Source: Carcharhinus amblyrhynchos (taxonomy: Eukaryota). Taken from it: 64,000 nucleotides of DNA. The translations under genes and the position numbers were made by a program. The first letter of the stretch is position 1. Every line of letters starts with the position of its first letter. Below, piece by piece: positions 10,752-23,810 of this stretch. The stretch spans positions 49,476,001-49,540,000 of the forward strand of contig OZ336876.1 in the NCBI GenBank assembly GCA_965287045.1, in the 5' to 3' direction. The notes beneath the pieces are model-generated. The model was not told the origin of the DNA and did not search any database. It saw only the letters and a program-made list of their open reading frames with translations.

Positions 10752-11477
10752 CTGAGAAGTTGCATTGTTCATTACGCCATACGTGACAAAACAAAAATTC
10801 AAGTGTTTATTTTCCAAAAGAGGGCTCAAAACTAAGCTCATTTAGCATCTAAGAAGAAGTTAATGAGGACTCTCTTGGGAGAGGCGCACAGGCAAATTGT
10901 CTTGCTTTGAAGTTTTGGAAGCATTATGTGACATGTCTAGTGGTGAAAGCTGAGGGAGAAGTTAACTCTCTGTAGCCAACCTGATACCTGAACCAAGGAA
11001 GACTTCAGGATTCTAGGATGTTGCTAATTATTGGTGAGCCAGCTTGGTTCACTAACACAACCTGGGAGAGTAGCCCTCTCACTAAGGTTGAAATTCTTCT
11101 CATTCAGCTTTAGGTAACCCCACAAGCCAAAACTACTGAGCATGCAGCAGGAAATTTATATCATTCCTTATTGGTAGTTGCATGGTTTTAGCAGATTCAA
11201 ACTTCAGCAGAACTTCCTCTGAGAAGATGACGACAGATCTTCTCGGAGTGACGCTGTTGCCTTGATGATGATCCCACAAAGCTGTTTGATAGGGAAACGG
11301 AGAGCTTTCACCAAGTAACAATGAAGGAATGATTATATATATATTCAAGTCAAGGATGGTGTGTGACTTGAAAGGGAAACTCAAAACTGATGTTTTTCCC
11401 ATTCAACTCCTTTTGTCTTTCTGAGTAACGAAAGTCAATGGTTTTAGCTGCTCTCAAAGAAGCTTTACATACAAAAC

Positions 11478-11790
11478 ACATGAACATATGTATTAGGAGT
11501 AGGAGTAAGTCACTTGGCCCCTTGAGCCTGTTCCACCATTCAATAAGATCATGGCTGATCTCATTTTAACCTCAACTTCACATTCCTGCTTATCCCTGAT
11601 AACCTTTCACTCCCTTGCTTATCAATAATCTATCTACTTCTGCCTTAAAGATATTCAAACACTAGGACCCAGTCACCTTTTAAGGAAGAGAATTCCAAAG
11701 TCTCTCAGCGCTCTGAGGGAAACTGTTTTACCTCATCTTTGTCTGAAATGGGTGATACCTTGTTTTTAAACAATGGCCCCTCAAGCTTTG
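11478..11790 (-). mobile_element. CR1 LINE 3' end
   Basis: AGGAGTAGGAGTAAGTCACTTGGCCCCTTGAGCCTGTTCCACCATTCAATAAGATCATGGCTGATC is the reverse complement of the tail at 45005-45090. Confidence 0.85.
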
Positions 11791-11829
11791 CTGGGTTGCA
11801 GCATCCAACCTTTAGATCCCTTGCCACAG

Positions 11830-13025
11830 TACCAAACTACTCCTATCAAAGTCATAATTGACATCCTATGTGACTGTGATGAAGATAAACTATCCCCCCT
11901 TGTCTTTCTTGACCTATCTGCAGTCTTTGACACAGCCAATCATTCCATCCTCTTTGAATCCATTTCCACCTGAGTGGCACTGACCTTGCCTGATTTCTTT
12001 ATTATCTAATCACAGAAAGAGAATTATTTGTAATGGCTTCGCTTCTCACTTCTGCAGTTCCAGTTCTGGTGTTGCCCAAGTGTCTATTCTTGGCTCCTCC
12101 TGTTTCGCATTCATATTGTGCCCTTCAGTGACATTATCCAAAAATACAATGTCAATTTCCACATGTATGTCAATGACAACCAGCTCCACCTCACTCCCAC
12201 CCCTCTTGATCCCTGCACAGTCTCTAAACTGCCAGTCAGACATAAGCAGAAACCTACTCCAATTAATTATCGAGAAGACAGAAACCGCTCTCTTTGGTCC
12301 CCATCACAAACTCTATACCAACCCCATCTCCACCTTCTCCCTGGCAACTGTCTGAAACTGAACCAGACAGTTTGTAATATTGGTGATGAGCTTTTGACCA
12401 CACATCCACACCATCACCAAGATTGCCTATTTCCACCCCTTAACATTGCCCGACTCCACCTTTGCTTCAGCTCATTTGCTGCTGAAACCTTCATCCGTGA
12501 CTTTGTTACCTTTTGACTCCATTACTTCTAACTGGCCACCCATAGTCTACCTGCTATTAACCAGAAGTCATCCAAATCTCTGTTGTCCCATCCACCTACA
12601 CCACTTATTATTCCTGAGCTTATTACTGACCTACATTCTCGCCTGGTTAATCAATGCCTAGATTTCAAAATTCTCACCCGCCTTTTCAAATCCCTTTATT
12701 CATCCCCTTCCCTATCTTTCTAATCTGCTTGAGCCATATAGCCATGCTCCTCTCTAATTCATCCCCTTAGGCATCCTCCATTTTAATCATTCCACCATTG
12801 CTAACTATGCTGTCAGCTGCACAGACTCTGGTTCTCTCTATCTCTTTACCTCTCCTTCCTCCTTAAGGACACCCCTTAAAAATGAGGTCTTTCAGCAGGC
12901 TTTTGGCAACTGCCCAACATCTCTTCAAGAGACTGAGTGTCAAATTTCCTTTTATAATGTTCCTCTGAAGCACCCTAGGATGTAACATTATATCAGAAGG
13001 CACTATTTAAGCATAAGTAGTGTCA
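11830..13025 (+). mobile_element. Degenerate L2-clade LINE reverse-transcriptase and 3' fragment
   Basis: TTPIKVIIDILCDCD...VFLDLSAVFDTANHSIL, GVAQVSILG (cf. GVPQGSILGP), FHMYVNDNQL (cf. YADDTQL), KTE motif; many frameshifts. Confidence 0.85.
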
Positions 13026-13199
13026 ATAACTTGCTAGGCCTCATCATATCTCTGAAAATATTTTGGCAATGCATAGGAAGTACAACATCTACCCGTTTAC
13101 TTTTCACAGTAACTTAATTGCAGTGTTAATGTAAGCCTGTTTGTGACACTAATAAATAAACTTTAAAACACTACCTCACTACCACCCTTTTTCCCCTGC

Positions 13200-13405
13200 A
13201 CTAACCTTTTCATCATTTAATCTCTCCTGTCAGTAATCTCCCCTTTTGTTCTTTTCCCCTCTTCTCCCTTTTCCCTGTCTGCTTTAAAATAAGCATGCTT
13301 GTTCTGACAAAGGATCACTAACTTGAAACATTAACTCTGTTTTTCTCTCTCCATAGAAGTTGACATATCTGATAAGTATTTCCAGTATTTTCTGTTTTGT
13401 TATTG
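13200..13405 (+). mobile_element. Second Penelope-like end family (decayed)
   Basis: TTCTGACAAAGGATCACTAACTTGAAACATTAACTCTGTTT...AGTATTTCCAGTATTTTCTG; homologous to 33930-34075 and, inverted, to 60845-60960. Confidence 0.6.
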
Positions 13406-13980
13406 TGTAGGTTTACACCAATTAGTTACTTTAATAGCAATATTATCATTGTCTGTTTTACTCAGTGCTAAGTACAGAATTGCAGTAATATTACCAAAAG
13501 CAAATTTGGTGTCAAAAACATTTTTTCCCAAAGTACATGAACATTGCAAACTGCAAGATAGTCCCAAATTGTTCTTTATCTGTGAAGTTAATAATAAATT
13601 TGTTTACCTGATTATATGCATTGCCATTAAGTGAGAAGACCTTATTTTGGATTTGTCAATAATTCTTTAGTTGCAAAGTGACATCTTTCACACAGGTCAT
13701 TCTCTGGAGTGCCATGTCTAAATTTCAACATTAATTTTAAAATATGGTTATATTGTGGATTGATTCACTTCGCACTCAAAGGAGAAATGGTCACCGTGAA
13801 TCTTTACGAAAGAATTGGCTTTGAAACTCTAGCCTCAATCATATACAATTTTTTTTAACATTACCTTCCAGCATTTAGTTGCAATTATATTTATGACTCA
13901 AGACATAAGTTACACCTTTGAATGAAAGATGTTAATTAAATACTGCTAGTTTGAACTTATGGTGGTTATGTGGGGGGGGC

Positions 13981-14784
13981 GGGCGGAGATTCTCCCAGTC
14001 AGGAGACATCAGTGGAGACCAGTTAGCAGGCCTCCAGTTGGGCACCACAGCCTCTGCGTGTCTCCAGCTGCCAGATTTCCAGTATTGTCAGCTCCGCGTC
14101 AGAAATCGATGCAGAGCTGAATTTATTTAAACTGGGATTTACATTCCATTAGCGAGCCTGGTACTGAGGTCCCTGGGCCCGCTAGCATCATCCCCCCACC
14201 AGGAGTGTTTCTCTCCAGTGGGGTTTACAACAGCTCCCCACTAGCGGGGAGCAGACTGGTGGGATTGGGAGTTCCTGCTGCCACTCTGAATTTGAGACTG
14301 TAGGCAGAGGGAGGAAGGACAGCAATCAGGGCCGGCCATCGGGTTGGGGAGGGGGGTGTCGGTCTGCCGGGGTTGGGGGGGTCGGGACAGCGGGAATTGG
14401 GGGGGGGGACATGGGGGATCGGAAATGCTGGTGGGGGGACGGGGGGATTGGGGCTACGTCCGGGACTCCAGTGATTGGGGATGGGATAGCGTTGTGGGAG
14501 TCACAGGATTGGCCAGCGATCCGGAGGCCAGCAGTGCAGTGTTGCTGTACTGACAGTGTCGACAGATCGGTGCATAGGCAGTGGTTTGCTCAGTGCTATG
14601 CTGCCGGCCCCTCCAGTGGGAATAGGCCCCCATCCCCAGCTTTACAGCATGATTCATGCTTGGCCACTCTGTGATGCACAGAGTGTGGGAAATTCATTGA
14701 AAATCCCACTGAAAAAAGCGGCAGGATTTACTCCAGTTTTCACATGAATTCAGCACTTCAAATTTTTTTGGGAGAATTCCACCC
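13981..14784. mobile_element. Non-autonomous TIR element (MITE, probably PIF/Harbinger-derived), GC-rich with G-tracts
   Basis: Termini GGGCGGAGATTCTCCC and GGGAGAATTCCACCC are imperfect ~15-bp inverted repeats; abrupt GC shift against AT-rich flanks; same terminus type as 46855-47665. Confidence 0.7.
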
Positions 14785-16869
14785 ATGGTTCCCAAAGTTT
14801 TCAATTCCTTTGGCTTTCCTTTCTTCCTGTCAGGGTCTGTTGTAGATTAATTGATAGAGTTTGATTGCCATGACTAGCCATGGTACCAGGATGGGAGAAG
14901 CCATCTGAGATGGAGCTTGTTATTTCTGTCTAGCAATTTCTGAACTTCTATGCAGTTCATGTTGGGGAATGGAGCATGATGTAACAAAGCCTGGGCTTCA
15001 CTGTAACAAAAAGTAATATTTAGTTTGGAACATGTTAATGCCCAAATGCTAGAAATCTGAGTCAGAGCAGAAGTTGTAGGAAATGTACAGGTCAGACATG
15101 CTAAAGAGGAAAGACAGTTTAAAACTTTGATAAAGCCCATAGTCAGAACTGAAAACTTAAACAGTACATTTCACAGCATAATGTACAGTTCAGGAAAAGG
15201 CAGATTGTGCAGAAAGAAAGCAAGTGCAATTTGAAAACTGTAGAAGTCATTTGAACATGTCATCTGACTGTTTCTTAATTTAAACAAGTCTAAATACATA
15301 TCCAAAAATAATACTTCATGGGCATTTTAACTGTTTATTTAAGTCTGTGTTTCTTCTGTTTTGTGGAATCAAACAAAACCTTCAGATATCAAAGTTGTAG
15401 TACACAAACAAAGTTACTGTAAATGTGATAGCCTGGATTTTGGTATCAGGTGGTGAAGAAATGGCACTTGCCATTCACATCAACAAGGCTTTGTGGACTT
15501 TGGAGCAGAGACTTGCCCCAATCCGAGGTCTGAACCAATACAATGACTCCTTAGGGGACCTGTGTTACCCTCTAGAAGGTTGAGCAACAGCAAGGTTCTT
15601 AACCAATCAAAATGAAGACCCTTTGCTGAGGCACGCTGACTCTAAACCAGAAGTATAAAACAAGAAATATAAATTAGATTTAAATAAAGTACAGAAAGCA
15701 AATTAAAGATGGGGAAATATAGATGGAATTAAGGGGAGGGGGATGAAAAAGGCAGGTAGAGAAAATAAATTATTCTATGTTTTATATATTCTATACTAAG
15801 TATTTTCTAAGGGAATGATACTCATTACTTGAAAAAAGCATGTTTTATGAACCAGAGAGATTGTTCAGCAGTAATTATCTTTTAAATTCACTTACTCCTC
15901 AACGCACCAACTTGTTTTGTTGGCTTTAATATAGAACCAGTGGGCTGATAGCCCAGATTCACAGTATTACATTCATTTTAATACCAAATCTATTGGCAAA
16001 GATTGCAACAATGCAATCTGTGGAGAAGTACGACAGCAAATTCTAGATTTGTGTATTTAACTACACATGTGCTACTCAACTTAACCTGTTATAATTTATT
16101 GCTGTTAGCTTCACTGTTATTCTTTTTACAAAATTCAGTTTAATGTATGCATTAAAAATAGAGATTAGTTCTATGACACTTTGAGTGCCATAACATAGCA
16201 TGTAACTGCACACAATTGTAATGAGAACTGATGTCCTGCTAAACTGATTTTGACTGGTGTCAAGAGCCATGAGTTAGTGTGGGGACAGGGGCAGATTTTG
16301 AGAGAGAATAAATTGGTTAAGAGAAACAAAAAGTATTCTACTACCTGGTAATATCTAAAGATGTCCTTAATTTAAATTTGTTTTTCTTCAATGGATTCTA
16401 GGGAATAAAATAAAACCATTAGAAATATAAGATTGGGTTCATTAACAATTAATTCATAATCAGCTGTTCATTGCAGTTAAGAAATTAATCCACAAAAAAT
16501 TGCAATGACTGGTCCAATATTGTGAGTTTGTTTTATTTTTAACAACCTAAGATTCAATGGTTTAAGATTTTGATTATGTCCAAAAATGGGCCTTGTGCAC
16601 ACAGGATCAGGATGCCAGCTTTGTACACCTATTCATGTGGCTGTGCTGTTGCTGTGAGCTCAGGGAGCAGCCACCAATATTCATACTGGTCCCTGGCTGT
16701 GTGTTTGGAGTGGTGGAGTAGCGGGGACTGAGGGGGCCAGCAGATGAGTGGTGTGGGGGAGGAGCTTGGACTTTACTGACACCACTTAAAGCGAGCCAGC
16801 ATCTCTTCAACAAGTGGTGGGTTCTGACTGCTCACCTGAAGGAAGATTAGTAAGGAGATAAATTGTTGC

Positions 16870-17070
16870 AACAGCCACAGTCCAGGCCCAGGTTCTCCGC
16901 TGTCACTTTCGAAGCACTGGTTCAGATAACGGACAGAGCTCTGGAGACCCTGACCCCTTTGGGTAATAATTCCACCACAAGTTACCAGAGGTGGCACAGG
17001 TGGTGAACCCCTTAAGGCTTAGCTTCCGAAACATGGCTATAATAACCTCTTTTAAAGTTGTCAAGGTAAA
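16870..17070 (+). pseudogene. Harbinger-type Myb/SANT-like (trihelix) DNA-binding ORF remnant
   Basis: RPRFSAVTFEALVQITDRALETL and LPEVAQVVN resemble RAPRFS..LE.LV and W.EVA..VN of Myb/SANT-like transposon proteins; followed by a possible AAG|GTAAAA donor. Confidence 0.55.
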
Positions 17071-18818
17071 ATTCTTACCTCTCACGGCTATTACTTTCTC
17101 CTGCCACCTCCATCATCTACAGCCTCACTGCTTGCAGTAACCCCTCCTCTATCCCTCACTCTCCTGAAATCAATTCACTCCACATACTGCTCTTTGGCCC
17201 ATCTACTCACACAACTACTGCAATCATATTTTTCCACATCAAACAAACTATTCCACCATGTCAACAATATTCGTAAAAGAAGCATAACAAAGCCGTCACT
17301 AATCTGAGACACAATCTACCTGCACAGGTTGTCCTCTCTGGAGTAAAAACTGCTGGCCATCACTCTCTCTGACCCTATCAAACACCAGTTCTGAGACTTG
17401 TACTACACATACTTTAGAGGGGAGGTTGGAAGAGGTGTCTTCATGTGGTGAATTATTGGCCATGTGTGCAGGAGGTATGTCAGTGTGAGGGACATCACAC
17501 GATCCAGTTCACCAGAGAGCACAAATAATACTAGTTCTGCTGCAGAGAACTCATGCTGATTTCAAAGGTATATTCCCAGGTATACACCAGGAAATACCTG
17601 GAAAATCTGCCAGAAATGACCCTAAGTATAGAGAATTCTGGCATCAACTTGTTCTAGCATCTGGCTGAGCATGGAAACTATTCTGTCTGACGTGGAACAC
17701 GTGATCAGTGGCACCCATCACAATTGACTTAAAGCTCTAATAGTTTCCACAGTAGTCAACATGTTGACAAATAAATTCATTTAGACTCTGGGGGTAATTG
17801 TTAACACGAGCATCTGAAGCATCACCTTTGTCTGCCACTCTGGTTTCCCCTGAGTCCAGGAATGCTGAGGAGCCATCTGAGGGTGGTGATTTGACTTATG
17901 GGATAGAAACCTGGTTATCCGCTGTCATGCCAGCTTCCTCACCACCCACCACACCAGTGCCTTTGTTAGTGCTCCAGCCAGCTGGGCAATAGTGTCCAAG
18001 CCCATGTTGAGATTACACAGTCTGTAGCCAGGCTCTTGAAGTTGGTCAACACTACCATTTGGTGTCTTCATTGGGAGCTCAGCAGTCTGCTGCCTCCCCA
18101 ACTTTAGCTACTGAGGAAATACTTTGTAGGAATACCAGGATAGGTAAATAAGCACTATTTAGACAGGCACTAATGGGTTGTGCAAGAGTGACTTTTAGAA
18201 ATTCAATCTCACGGGAATTATTATTTATATTAAAATTTTACTGGATAGCCAAGAGAGAAGAATAAGTTGGAAACGGCGACCACAAGACAGATTCAATCTA
18301 AACCTACAAGAAGGATAGTTCTGGAGTTAAAGATAAGGCTACAGGACTGGCGTGCTGAAGAAAAGTAGTATGACTATAAAGTGTGCAGGGAGATGGAGAA
18401 AGAATAGCAGTGCTAAATGGAAATATCAAAACATGCATAGGTAATATAAAAGGCAATTTTGGTGGCTTTATTATGTTTATGAGAGAGGGTAAGACCACTG
18501 TGTAAAGAAATTGCGAAGCAGGAAAGAATGCAGAAATGCCAAACATTTAATAGCTATTTGCAGCAATTTTTGCAAACATTATTCTCATAATAAAGTCTGT
18601 AAGTTCTTAAAGGTAAGTATAATACTTGGCAAAAAATCTTCTAAAATTGCATTTCTTACGCTGTGAATTGAACAACTTTTCTCTCCTATGGCTAACAGTT
18701 TGAACAAACTATTTTTATCGAACAAGGTTTTGAATAAGATACTATTTTAGTTTTAATTGCAAACTTATGCAAGTATTTTTCTCATTACTCAACGGGTTAA
18801 AAAATAATTGCTTTGTAC

Positions 18819-18928
18819 CTGCTGTTGAATTTTCCTTCCAGCATCTGTACTATTTTCCAATGGCTGAGAATGTCCTAATATTTCATGAGAAATGCCATTT
18901 TTAAGTACACCAGACACGCCTTTGAACC
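18819..18928 (-). CDS. AGBL5: Candidate AGBL5 exon (phase 1 to 0)
   Basis: TTAACATTATAG|GG...CAGCAG|GTACAA; 110 bp, open, GFKGVSGVLKNGISHEILGHSQPLENSTDAGRKIQQQ; phase fits the 46404 donor. Confidence 0.55.
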
Positions 18929-19759
18929 CTATAATGTTAATAATTGTAAATATAAGCAGTCGGCATAATGCAGATTTTAATATCTTCATTTTGTTCCATA
19001 CAATTGTATTGCTCTTCAGACTTAAAGGATACTTTTCAAAAAATTAACTTGACTCTCATTTCTTGCCTTTACAATTTTTGAAGGACAATGAATTTCAGAA
19101 ACTGTCAGTAATTTCAGTTGGATCAACTCATCTACCAACAATCACACGAGATATTGTTTATTCTTTGCACAAGATTGGTAATTCCACTCAACAAATGTGT
19201 TGCTTCCAAACTGAAATTATTTTTCTGTTTGAACTCAATGAGGAAGGTCTGAACAAAAAAGTGCATAATTACATTGCCAGTCTGCATACACTGGCACATG
19301 GAGATAGTTCGTTGGTCTTGTCATATGCACTCTAAAAACTGGCTCTGAACAACAAAGGAGGTCTAGTTGTTATGCCACCATGAAAACATCAGAAAAAACG
19401 GAAAACTGGGAAGGAAATGATCTGTAAAATAACAATGGAGAATTTTTCTTCTGTAATGTTTACAGGAACATTCTTAACCAAATTGATTAGTAAATCACAA
19501 AGCTGATAATGCTGCAAAAGTCTTCGTTAAAATGACAGTTTAGGTGTAACATGACCCAGAAAATCTATCATTTTCTACCTCCTGTTCAATATTTTATGAA
19601 TTTCAATGGGACCAGGCACGCTTAGTAAAAGGGAATCATTGAAATGTTACAAACATGGATCTTAAGAGTCACAGGGCATTTTCAAAATGAAATCAACTTC
19701 CATTCAAAACATTCAAGTTCTTCCCAATTAATTAAACCCATTTGACACGAAAGATAAAA

Positions 19760-19948
19760 GATGTCCAAAGATGTCTGGGTTAGGTGGATTGGCCATGCTA
19801 AATTGCCCCTTAGTGTCAGGGGGTCTAGCAGGTTGAATATATGGGGTTACAGGGATTGGGCCTGGATGGATTGTTGTTAGTGCAGGCTCAATGGGCTGAA
19901 TGACTTCCTTCTGCACTGTAGGGATTCTATTATTCTATGACTCTATGT
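19760..19948 (+). mobile_element. HE1/V-SINE 3' half
   Basis: GTCCAAAGATGT...GTTAGGTGGATTGGCCATGCTAAATTGCCCCTTAGTGTC and (TTCTATGA)n-like tail. Confidence 0.85.
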
Positions 19949-20814
19949 TATAAACATAGTCAGTACATCAGGAAATAATAAAGGAAGTTGATTTTTAGTT
20001 ATTCAATTAGAAAGCAAGGGGAAATTTATATTTGGTGAATAACCTACTTTCCTTCATTCATTCTCCTCAGTTTATTTTACTAGGGAGGACTGGTATATTT
20101 GTCAGAGTCAGAAATGTCCTAGCAAACTGCATGTATCTATTAATAGCTTCATTAAAATTGCAATATGCAGCAAAAGTGTCAGAATTACTGCATAAAGGGA
20201 TTTCACCAGAGAAAATGAACACTTTCCATTAATCACTGTTTATTTCCATGGGACAAAGTAAGATTGTATATCCAGAAACTCCTACAATTCTTTCCACATT
20301 TAAAATTAGTTCCTGAGCAGCTCTGCAAACAACCAATATTCAATATCAATATCAGATCATGACAAATAGAAAAACATAAGAATACTAATATCTTAAGTGC
20401 AGTAAAGTGAGAGAAAAGCAATTTTTGGCATGAACAGAGTGACATACGTGCAGTTTGCCTATCAATCTAGTTGATATTAAAACCACCAGAATATTCAGTT
20501 GTCAAACTTAACTTGTGCTCCACATAGATGAGGATAGGCCATTGTCCAACATGATGTTGCTTTAAGTGTCTTGCTCAAGGAGCTTGGTAGAAATTGTGTA
20601 ATCTTCTTTAAACTTAAAAAATAAATTAATTTGGTAATTGCGATGCACAGCCTTCTAGCTCAGCATCAAACTATGAAAAATCTAGGTGACTGTCTTTAAA
20701 CACTTCATTTTGAAGAAACAGCACACGGCTGACAGCAGAGGACTTTGTTGCTTATTCATTGGACAAGTTTTTTTATAAGTAGATTCCAATGAAAGAAAAA
20801 GATTTGCATTTATA

Positions 20815-21000
20815 GAAACCAAAAGAGAAAGTGCATTTTTTGCATCTTGCATTTATAGAGCTTTACACAGCCACCAAATGTTCCCCAAAGCACTTTATAA
20901 TTATTTAAGTACTTTGAAATATAGTCACTCTTGTAAATGTAGCATGGCCAATTCCCACAAACAGCAACATGATGATGACCAATCTGTTTTGTGAAAAATG
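20815..21000 (-). mobile_element. SacSINE1-like 3' fragment
   Basis: TTGCATTTATAGAGCTTT...CCCAAAGCACTTTA...TTTGAAATATAGTCACT matches the ends of 4340-4722 and 39650-40050. Confidence 0.6.
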
Positions 21001-21339
21001 AACACAGCTCAAAGTCCAAGAAGCAGACTTCACTCCCAGACACAAACACAAGACAAATTATGATTTCATGCTGACTAGCAAATTAAGAGCCACCCAGTGT
21101 GAAATGCCCCTGACATTGGAGAGGGCTGTGGCAGTGGGCAGGGAGCATAGCAGACACCAGATCCAATGGGGAGCCAGTGGGGGTTTTAAATGTGGCTGAG
21201 GCAGCTCCCTGAGGGCTGCCAGGAGTTCTTGAGAAGCCTCAGAGATGTCCTGGAGACAATATAAACATTGTGTGGAGTTATAGTCTCAGCAATCGTTCAA
21301 CATGCCAGGTGGGAGGGCATTCTTGTAAAGGCAGAGTGC

Positions 21340-21475
21340 CAGGAGTGACGTCCTAATGACCAGGTAAAGACCACCTGGTTAGAGACGGCAGCCCAGATCA
21401 GTGGGCATGGCATGGTGCGCCACATCTGGTTCCAGTGCTGCAAAAGGTTTAATAATTTTCTGTGCTCACAAGGTA
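21340..21475 (+). pseudogene. Harbinger Myb/SANT-like ORF remnant
   Basis: TTWLETAAQISGHGMVRHIWFQCCKRFNNFL matches the W.E.A..VS......R.W.QC.K.FNDL pattern; AAG|GTAAAT donor follows. Confidence 0.75.
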
Positions 21476-21667
21476 AATACTGAGTTGGCATAGAACTGTG
21501 TGGAGAAGTCTTGAAGAGTGAACATCCTTGCTGATGCTCAGGGGCCTGTGCCAGCCAAGGCTGGGAAATCAGACTGCTAGCTCTGGGTGCATATAAGGGT
21601 GAGATATGCAAATCTGATGGGCATCTCAACATGGTTCTCGGGACAGAGGTTGTGGTGAAATTCTGGG

Positions 21668-22320
21668 ATGGTTTTGCAGGTTGAGGGTGGACTAATGAGT
21701 GTACTTTTGTCTGCACCAGCTGTAATACCATCAAGTATCCACAAATGGGTAGTGGGGTGCCCAACCTACTCATTTTTAGCAACTTTGAGATACCCTAGAG
21801 CTCAAGTGTCAGCACGCACCAACATCATCAAGTCGCAAAGAGGCAGACGTCTCGGAGGAAAGTAGATAGATGCGAGACTGACGAAGACTGCAAACAATGT
21901 AGAGTTTGCTCATCTCAACATCCTCATATTGATGGATGAGCTGCCTGTCATCTCCATGGGCTCCTCTCGCAGCACTCTGGAGATGGCAACAGTTCCTCTA
22001 CCCTTCTGCCAGTGGTCATGGCATCTTCTGAGGAGTGGACAACCATGTCGCTAGTCGTACCCTCGCTCATCTACCAATATGAGGCATTTTGAAATGAGCA
22101 AACCCTGCATTGTTTAAAGTCTTCGTCAGTCTTGCATCTATCTACTTTCCTCTGAGATGTCTGCCTCCTCTGCGACTTGATGATGTTGGTGCGCAGTCAC
22201 GTTCGAGCTCTAGGGGATCTCAAAGTTGCTAAAAATGAGCAGGTTGGGCACCCCACTACCCGTTTGTGCGTACTTAATGATATTACAGCTGGTGCAGACA
22301 CCCTCTACCTGCAAAATCAT
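21668..22320. repeat. Long inverted repeat (arms ~21708-21918 and 22089-22300, ~170-bp spacer)
   Basis: For example GGGTAGTGGGGTGCCCAACCTACTCATTTTTAGCAACTTTGAGAT vs ATCTCAAAGTTGCTAAAAATGAGCAGGTTGGGCACCCCACTACCC; extends ~20 bp outward after an indel. Confidence 0.95.
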
Positions 22321-22939
22321 ACTCTCCCAGACAGAGCCCACTCAGGCCCTGCCAGCCAGAGGATGACCACCAAGATCATCACGATAGCAGAGTCAGCAAT
22401 CTGCCTTCAATGCTGCTGCCAATAAAGCAGGAGGGTCGGGATGATCAACATGTAGCACCCACAATCATACATTTAAGGCACCGTGAACACAGGATGGGTT
22501 TTCATGGGCGTCTTTATTTCATTTTATCAAAGTAATGTTTTGTTTCTGTGCCAACCATTTTATGTTCTGTGCCTTGTTTTCTATCTGCTAGACACAAAAA
22601 AATTGTGTTGCAATGACCTGAATGTCCTTCATGTTCTCCATTTCAGGCACAGACCTCAACAGTGCTTGATGTTGGAAAGCAGAAGAAGTAAGCTTTATTA
22701 CAGAGGTTGCGAGGTCACGGTATTGTATTCCCATGTGGAGGAGCCGGTCCCTAGCATTGATATGGAAGACAACATTTGGCAGCCTTGCTGAAGGAGTGTT
22801 GAATCAAAGCCTTCCTTGTGTGCCTGCCCCGCTGAAGGTTCACCACGTCTGCCTTCTTATCCTCACCCAAGCTCCTTATCAGACCCAACAATGGCGTCTT
22901 CCTCTGAGACACATGGCGCTGCCTTGGTAAACTCATCTT

Positions 22940-23810
22940 CAAGTGGGCCCCCCTCCTTGCCAGTGCCAGGCTGTGCAGAATGCAACTGACCAGGACAATG
23001 TGACACTTGTTCTGCAAGGTATTGCAGGACCCCTCACAATGATCCAGGCAGTGGAATCTCATCTTCAGTCACCCTATTGTCCTCTCAACCACTACCCACG
23101 TACAGACATCACTATGATTGTATCTCTCTTCTGCCTCTATCCAGGGGTGATGTTATGAGCCATCTTTGCAACGGATACACTCTCACACCCAGCAACTAAC
23201 AATCCAGCTGAGCTGGAGCCATGGATAGTCCTGAAACCTGGGAGTGCCGCAGTACATATGCATCATGGGAGCTATTAGGGTCACGCAGACTTACCGATCT
23301 CAGCCCTGTGGTCGCATACTATTTGAACATTTATGGAGTTATAACTTTGCCTATTTACAAAAGTGCCCAGCTGACCTGCTGGCACCTTGATGGCCACATA
23401 GGTGCAGTCTATGGCACCCTCAATAGCTGTGAAGACTCTGGCTTGTTCAGCCTGGCTGGCTTTGTCCGTCTGATAATAGATGAATGTGGAACCACATCTG
23501 AACAGAGCAACAGTTACAAGCTGCAGCCAGCTGAAAGTGACCCTCCGTACAAATGTCTCACTAACCCCTGGAAAGAGCTGGATGCAGAAAAATTGAGGAC
23601 AACTATGACCTTCAGAGCACTGGCATTGGGTGCCTATCCATATAGTTGGAGCAATCTCTGGCCCAATCACGTAACATAACGATGTTGTTGTTTCCCAAGA
23701 GAGGCAGAGCCTCCTACGACACTGGACGTCAGACGCATTGAGATAGTTGGATCACTGCCTGTGCTCTCATGCCGCAAGCTAGTTACATCTTCTGGGGCCC
23801 ATCCTCCAGC
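22940..23810 (-). pseudogene. PIF/Harbinger (HARBI1-like, DDE_Tnp_4) transposase fossil
   Basis: GAIDCTYVAIKVP...FVNRQSYNSINVQIVCD, YPLQRWLI, EAEERYN...VVVERTIG*LKMRFHCLD...IVLVSCILHSLA; stops and frameshifts. Confidence 0.9.

Noticed and set aside
11133-11402. 89-aa minus-strand ORF with an acceptor-like site near 11281
   Set aside because: No donor, partly overlaps an old LINE fragment, and does not fit the AGBL5 phase chain
22940-23810. Functional HARBI1 gene
   Set aside because: In-frame stops, frameshifts and a SINE at its 5' side indicate a transposon fossil
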